NCBI GenBank assembly: GCA_050251055.1
Contig: JBFWNL010000004.1
Span: 96,001-160,000, forward strand
DNA length: 64,000 nucleotides
Reading direction: 5' to 3'
From: Bacteriovoracia bacterium
GTDB lineage: Bacteria > Bdellovibrionota > UBA1018 > JBFWNL01
The notes under the pieces were generated by a model. The model did not search any database. It was not told the DNA's origin and saw only the letters and a program-made list of their open reading frames with translations. Below, one piece after another: positions 59,186 to 64,000 of the stretch (its first letter is position 1; each line of letters opens with the position of its first letter). Position numbers and translations under genes: made by a program.

Positions 59186-59289
59186 CTTTCTTTCATTTTT
59201 AAAAGAAGACCTAGCGCCAGGGGGACGCCCATCCATGGGCTTGACCCTGGCGCTAGGTCTTCTTTTAAAAATGAAAGAAAGTGGTGCTC
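59178..59289. repeat. Perfect 45-bp inverted repeat overlapping the tRNA 3' end
   Basis: 59178-59222 is the exact reverse complement of 59245-59289; the 22-nt spacer holds GCCCA-TCCA-TGGGC. Confidence 0.95.
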
Positions 59290-59302
59290 GAATATAAACG
59301 CT

Positions 59303-59449
59303 GAAACATGCCTGCGGCATGTTTCGCACATTAGAAAGGACGAGAAAGGCGGAAGGTGCCGGGCACCCGCTTGCGGGTGGCGCCTGAGCCCGGCCTGCAG
59401 GCCGAGCGCGAAAGCGCGAGGACCGGAAGGCGAGTCCTTGATGTTCTAA
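59303..59449 (+). ncRNA. Candidate multi-hairpin structured element downstream of tRNA
   Basis: 10-bp hairpin 59303-59325; closing helix AAGGAC/GTCCTT; internal hairpins including cgcGAAAgcg and ccGGAAgg GNRA loops. Confidence 0.4.
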
Positions 59450-59582
59450 AGACACAAAATCATCCTATTTCGCGGCCAACCCAAATAACCCCCGGTGACA
59501 CAATCCCAAAAAACCGTCCCCCGAACCACTCGAGTGCGTCCAGACTTCACGTTAAACCCCACTCCATAAGGAGAATGGAACT

Positions 59583-60167
59583 ATGAAAAAACTTGGATTG
59601 TTGTTGGCATTGGTCGTGGGCGCGCAAACCGCGCAAGCGGCGAACTTAGAAGTGGTCCCGCAGAAGGTGCAACCGAAACGGGAAGTGATTGCAATCGCTA
59701 AGCGCACCGCGGATGGACAAACCCGCATGGGTTTGATCATTTCGGGAAAAACCGCGCAGGCCCTTGGCGAAGCCGCCGGGGTGACGGTTCGCGCCGGGAA
59801 AGAGATGATCATCGCCACGGGCGATGACGTTTTCCACTTTGTTTCGCGCTTTTTACAGGCGAACCTGGAAGCCGGCAAGACCGTGATCATTGCGTCGAAA
59901 GAGCTGACCCGCGAGGCGGGCGTCTTTTTATACGATGGCTTGCGCTTTGGAGTATCGACCCTAAGCAACCACGCCCTGGCCACCGCCGAGATGCTATCGC
60001 AATCGGCACGGGATATTTTGCACGACCTCTGGGATGTGATTCGCATGGGATGCGTGTTTATCGAAGAAGGTACCGTACACGTCGTGAGAACAGTCTCGAA
60101 AATCTTCCAACATGTGGCCGATGACTTCTGCCACCTGCTAGAAATTTTCCGCATCACCCGTTGCTAA
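59583..60167 (+). CDS. Secreted amphipathic-helical hypothetical protein
   Basis: AAGGAG SD, signal peptide (AQA), 194 aa. Confidence 0.75.
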   Translation: MKKLGLLLALVVGAQTAQAANLEVVPQKVQPKREVIAIAKRTADGQTRMGLIISGKTAQALGEAAGVTVRAGKEMIIATGDDVFHFVSRFLQANLEAGKTVIIASKELTREAGVFLYDGLRFGVSTLSNHALATAEMLSQSARDILHDLWDVIRMGCVFIEEGTVHVVRTVSKIFQHVADDFCHLLEIFRITRC

Positions 60168-60178
60168 AGTAGATGATA

Positions 60179-60204
60179 TCGGGCGAGCCCACGGGCTCGC
60201 CCGA
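60179..60204. terminator. GC-rich hairpin between convergent genes (probable terminator)
   Basis: TCGGGCGAGCC-CACG-GGCTCGCCCGA followed by GTTTATT on plus. Confidence 0.6.
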
Positions 60205-60209
60205 GTTTA

Positions 60210-61277
60210 TTAAGCGGCATCTAATCCCCATACCCAAAGCGGGAGGGGAAGGTAGAGATCGAATCCAGGAATATTGCGCTCCGGACCGAAAAAGAACTTC
60301 GGAAGATCCGTGTCTTTCAGATAAGTCGTACGATCGCCGATTTGAATTTCCCAGGTCGCGTCGCCATTGGATGCCGGCCAGCGCGTGGACTCGACCTTCA
60401 CCGTCGGATGATAAGACATCACCAAGCGCTGCGGATCCAATACCTTCGCTAGGCAAAGATACTGCGAAGCCGCGTCGTCGAAAAGAATCCCGTGACGGCG
60501 GAAGAGCTCGCGCGATCCCAGAATCGTCGCCTCCGGATGAACTTTCGCCACCCCCGCCAGCAACTCGCGCAATGCGGAAGGCTCGCCGCCCCACTCGTGG
60601 ATGATTCCCTGCAAGTCAATTCCACGCCCCAATCCCACGTAGGCCGTAGGGTGGTCCTTCGGGCCGTTCCAAAACCACAGCACATTTTTATGGGCGGTGT
60701 ACCACCGCTGATCACCGGGCTCGATCACGAGCCCTTCCCGGCGCGCCACCTGCTGGTGAAAGATCGCCGGATTCCAGCCCTGCTCGATCGCGCCCGCCGC
60801 CGCTCCGATTCCCGCGATCGGTAGCTGTATCTGCGAACCGCAGAGATCGAACCCCAATCGATGATAGAGATCGAATTCCGAGCCCCAGAGCAAACTCGCC
60901 GCCGCGCCGTGCTCCGTCGCCCATTCATTACAAATGGAAACCAGCTTCGAGGCGTAACCCAGTCCGCGCGCATTTGGGTGCGTCGCGACGCCACCTATAA
61001 TACAAACCGGAAGGACACCCGTGGCGATCCGCAGGTGCGCCACGCGCGCGCAGGCCGAAGCCACTAGTCCTTCGTTCGTAAACACTCCGATACGTAGGGC
61101 TCCCGATTCCTCATCCACCGACCAGACCGGAAAGTCCGCCAAGAAATCTTGACCGGGCGCGAGAGAAAAGCAGGTGCGTAACAACTCCGCGAATTGTAAT
61201 GAAGCTTCGGGGCCGCGGATAAAATCGATGCGGCCGACGGGCGTAGTGGTCGAGAGCGGAGTTCCCGAGGAATCCAT
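60210..61277 (-). CDS. GNAT-family acetyltransferase (Eis-like)
   Basis: IGGVATHPNARGLGYAS acetyl-CoA motif, LYHRLGF; start MDSSG at 61277. Confidence 0.8.
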   Translation of the reverse strand: MDSSGTPLSTTTPVGRIDFIRGPEASLQFAELLRTCFSLAPGQDFLADFPVWSVDEESGALRIGVFTNEGLVASACARVAHLRIATGVLPVCIIGGVATHPNARGLGYASKLVSICNEWATEHGAAASLLWGSEFDLYHRLGFDLCGSQIQLPIAGIGAAAGAIEQGWNPAIFHQQVARREGLVIEPGDQRWYTAHKNVLWFWNGPKDHPTAYVGLGRGIDLQGIIHEWGGEPSALRELLAGVAKVHPEATILGSRELFRRHGILFDDAASQYLCLAKVLDPQRLVMSYHPTVKVESTRWPASNGDATWEIQIGDRTTYLKDTDLPKFFFGPERNIPGFDLYLPLPLWVWGLDAA

Positions 61278-61339
61278 CCTATATAGGATACCGAGCCCCC
61301 GGCCGTTTAAGAATCGGCAATTTTTTCCGATAGGCAATT

Positions 61340-61636
61340 ATGAGCAAAAAAAGCAAGAAATTCGACCTGACCGCCTTAGTGCATAACGAACAGCTGACCG
61401 AGGGTCAAAAACTTGTCTTCGTGAGCGACCCCAGCAAGTGGTGCAAGGTCGCTAAACAGCCCAATCACGAATTTAAAGTGACGGACAGCCAAGGTGTGGT
61501 GAAAACCGTGCACCAGTTCGCCATGGAATGCCTGGGCCAGGAACCGCCGGATCACGCCGCGAAATGGCTGCGGACGGAAAGCGGCAAGACTTTGTATGAT
61601 CTCTGGCACGCCGACGATTACGCCGAAGCTGCGTAA
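61340..61636 (+). CDS. Small protein resembling a RAMA (modified-DNA reader)/DUF4357-like domain
   Basis: 98 aa; pattern L..LV....L..GQ.L....W....GKTL.DL resembles RAMA-type domains (by eye). Confidence 0.55.
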   Translation: MSKKSKKFDLTALVHNEQLTEGQKLVFVSDPSKWCKVAKQPNHEFKVTDSQGVVKTVHQFAMECLGQEPPDHAAKWLRTESGKTLYDLWHADDYAEAA

Positions 61637-61712
61637 TCGCTAGCGTTTTGCCGACAACCTAGCCTCAGCCCCACCTCGGGGCACACGTGTAAAAAAAAAT
61701 TTTACTTTTTTC

Positions 61713-61739
61713 TCAAGTCCTCTGGGACACGGCCGATCC
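61713..61739 (+). promoter_or_regulatory. Sigma28 (FliA) promoter
   Basis: TCAA-N15-GCCGATCC about 107 nt upstream of the flagellin ATG. Confidence 0.8.
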
Positions 61740-61846
61740 GTGTAGTGAGCACAGGAATGGTCCTGATTTCAAGACGAAATCAAAAGGACGCCTGAGCCCC
61801 ATAATGGCCGAGGATTGGCCGGAATGGACCTTCAAGGAGGAAGGTT

Positions 61847-62683
61847 ATGGGACTGAGAATAAATACGAACGTGCCCGCGCTTTTAGCTCAGCGCAATTTG
61901 AGCCAAACGCGCCACTCTCTCGATAAATCCCTCGAAAGGTTAAGCTCTGGATCGCGCATCAACCATGCCGGCGACGACGCCGCGGGTTTGGCGATTTCGG
62001 AAAGCCTTCGGGCGCAGATCCGAGGCATCTCCCAAGCCGAGCGCAACGCGCAGGACGGGGTGAGCTTGGTCCAGATCGCCGAAGGCGCGATGGCCGAGGT
62101 CGGTAACATCCTCATCCGGCTGCGGGAACTAGGCGTGCAAGCCGCTTCCGATACCGTCGGACCGCAAGAGCGAAAATTCATGGACGTCGAATTCCAACAG
62201 ATGCTGGAGGAAATCGACCGCATCGCCAACAGCACCAAATTCAACGGAGTCCCGCTGCTGAACGGCGCCGGCTCCACCTTCGAAATTCAGATCGGCACTG
62301 GGAACAACCCCCTGATCGACCGGGTCAGCCTGTTCGATCCGTACAAATCCGACATCAACGTCGTGGCTTTGGGTATTAACTTAGCCACGGTGAACGATAA
62401 GCAGAGCGCCCAAAACAGCTTGGCCGCCATCGACAACGCGCTGAATTCCGTAACTTCGATTCGCGCCGAGTTCGGGGCCATGCAGAACCGCCTGCAGTCC
62501 GTCGTGAACAATATTGGCACCTCGAAGGAAAACCTGTCCGCCGCGAACTCCCGTGTCCGCGACGCCGACATCGCCGTCGAGACCACCGAGTTAACGAAGA
62601 ACAACATTTTGATGCAGTCTGGAATTTCCGTCCTGGGACAAGCGAACTCGTCCATCCAGGCGGCATTGAAGTTGTTGAGCTAG
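61847..62683 (+). CDS. fliC: Flagellin (278 aa)
   Basis: MGLRINTN, LSSGSRINHAGDDAAGLAIS, GAMQNRL, SRVRDADIA; AAGGAGG SD. Confidence 0.97.
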   Translation: MGLRINTNVPALLAQRNLSQTRHSLDKSLERLSSGSRINHAGDDAAGLAISESLRAQIRGISQAERNAQDGVSLVQIAEGAMAEVGNILIRLRELGVQAASDTVGPQERKFMDVEFQQMLEEIDRIANSTKFNGVPLLNGAGSTFEIQIGTGNNPLIDRVSLFDPYKSDINVVALGINLATVNDKQSAQNSLAAIDNALNSVTSIRAEFGAMQNRLQSVVNNIGTSKENLSAANSRVRDADIAVETTELTKNNILMQSGISVLGQANSSIQAALKLLS

Positions 62684-63096
62684 GAGTGAAGGAGATTAGA
62701 TGAAAGTTTAAACCCCAAACGTAGGCTGTTGCCTGCTTGTTTCCTGGAACGAAGGTTAAGACCCGTTCCGTCGCCGATGCGCGGAGTCGCGGAAGCGCCG
62801 GAGCGGGTCCCGAACCCCCGGGAATGGTTTGGGTCGTGCGGAAAAATGTAAACCACGCTCCGGAGCCCCGCGCTTGCGCGACCGGAATGTGACCGCGCGA
62901 AAAAAGGTTTTGCTTGGAAGCATGGGCGGTGCCTTGGCCGGCGCCCCGGTGCGGAGAAGCGAATAAACGGATCCCCGCGGGATGGTCCCGCGGGAATCCC
63001 CGTGCGAAATGCACGAACTGAGCAAGGATGCTGACCCACCGGAGGGAACCGGCGGGATTATCACGGAGGATATTGTATGACCAAGGGAGGCTAGTC

Positions 63097-63933
63097 ATGG
63101 GTTTACGAATAGCAACGAACGTCACGGCGCTGAACGCGCAGAGACAAATGGCGAACACTCGCCGCATGTTGGACAACACGCTCGAAAAACTAGCGAGCGG
63201 CTCGCGCATTAACCACAGCGGCGACGACGCCGCGGGATTGGCGATTTCCGAAAACCTGCGTGCCCATATCCGTGGGATACGACAGGCGAAGCGCAACGGC
63301 ATGGACGGCATCTCGCTGATCCAGGTATCGGAAGGCGGCCTGAACGAGATTTCGAACATGCTCGTGAGACTTCGCGAACTGGCCATCCAAGGCGCTTCGG
63401 ACACGATCGGGGATACCGAGCGTCAGTTCGCCGACCGGGAATTCCAGTCGCTCAAGCAGGAAATCGACCGCATCTCCAACGCGACTTCGTTCAACGGCAC
63501 GCCGCTCTTGAACGGGAAAGCGGGGATCTTCGAGATCCAGGTGGGCATCCACAACAACCCTATCCTCGACCGCATTGTCTACAACGGGGAGAGGGCGGAC
63601 GCCTCACTGGACGCGCTCAAGATGGGCGGCGAATCCATCGCCACCAAGCAGGGCGCGCAGCTGACGCTTGCCGTGATCGACGACGCGCTCATCCGAGTGA
63701 ACAGCATCCGCGCCGATTTGGGCGCCATGCAGAACCGGTTGCAGTCGACGATCAACAACCTGGCGATCTACGACGAGAACCTCTCCACGGCGAACTCGCG
63801 CATCCGCGACACCGACGTGGCCGAGGAAGTCTCCGAGCTGACGAAGAACAACATCTTGATGCAAGCCGGGATCTCGGTGCTCGGACAGGCGAATAACACG
63901 AACTCGAGCGCGATGAAGTTGTTGCAGGCTTAA
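63097..63933 (+). CDS. fliC: Flagellin (278 aa), second copy
   Basis: ATG 63097 with GGAGG SD; same conserved N/C-terminal flagellin motifs. Confidence 0.97.
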   Translation: MGLRIATNVTALNAQRQMANTRRMLDNTLEKLASGSRINHSGDDAAGLAISENLRAHIRGIRQAKRNGMDGISLIQVSEGGLNEISNMLVRLRELAIQGASDTIGDTERQFADREFQSLKQEIDRISNATSFNGTPLLNGKAGIFEIQVGIHNNPILDRIVYNGERADASLDALKMGGESIATKQGAQLTLAVIDDALIRVNSIRADLGAMQNRLQSTINNLAIYDENLSTANSRIRDTDVAEEVSELTKNNILMQAGISVLGQANNTNSSAMKLLQA

Positions 63934-63955
63934 GTCAGATATCAGTTTGAAGAGT

Positions 63956-63979
63956 GGGCCCCGGGTAACTCCGGGGCCC
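63956..63979 (+). terminator. Stem-loop after second flagellin
   Basis: GGGCCCCGG-GTAACT-CCGGGGCCC; no clear U-tract. Confidence 0.5.
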
Positions 63980-64000
63980 CTGTGAATAGGAAAGTGCGGT

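Noticed and set aside
59419-59436. AGGACCGGAAGG resembling SRP RNA helix 8
   Set aside because: The required AGCAG half of the symmetric loop and the long SRP stem are absent.
59101-60167. tRNA-Leu as attachment site of an integrated island
   Set aside because: The tRNA 3' copy is inverted, not direct; no integrase or attR repeat seen in the window.
62757-62780. TAAG...GCCGATGC as sigma28 promoter for flagellin 2
   Set aside because: Spacer is 12 nt rather than about 15.
1-64000. CRISPR arrays, IS elements, prophage genes, parS, c-di-GMP riboswitches, PyrR attenuator
   Set aside because: No spaced direct repeats, transposase/integrase/phage ORFs or the respective consensus motifs were seen by eye.

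Overview
A 64-kb GC-rich bacterial chromosomal segment. Gene content suggests a Bdellovibrionota/Oligoflexia-like predator (inference: two 278-aa minimal flagellins, a Tgl/PilF-type lipoprotein before rodZ, many secreted hypotheticals). The housekeeping backbone is lolA, smc, ppdK, alpha2-type glyQS, asnS, trmL, pepA, wcaJ-like, rodZ, rlmD, lepA, pyrB-pyrC-carA, LPS glycosyltransferases, ugd, a RecQ-like helicase, a UbiB/AarF kinase, rnr, tRNA-Leu(CAG) and two fliC. Secreted accessory genes are interspersed: two tandem paralog pairs, two caspase/clostripain-fold proteases, a matrixin, two OM barrels and a dockerin/PKD/beta-helix protein. I saw no IS, integrase, prophage or CRISPR array. The most unusual signals are non-coding: (1) four DnaA boxes between convergent genes with no dnaA in the window; (2) a perfect 45-bp inverted repeat that captures the tRNA-Leu CCA end, followed by a GNRA-rich structured element; (3) a terminator-ended structured minus-strand RNA with a 29-codon SD-led ORF upstream of smc; (4) a 413-nt CsrB-like GGA-rich spacer between the flagellins; (5) recurring leaderless-start signatures. 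The lepB-position signal peptidase lacks its catalytic Ser. All calls were made by eye without database searches.
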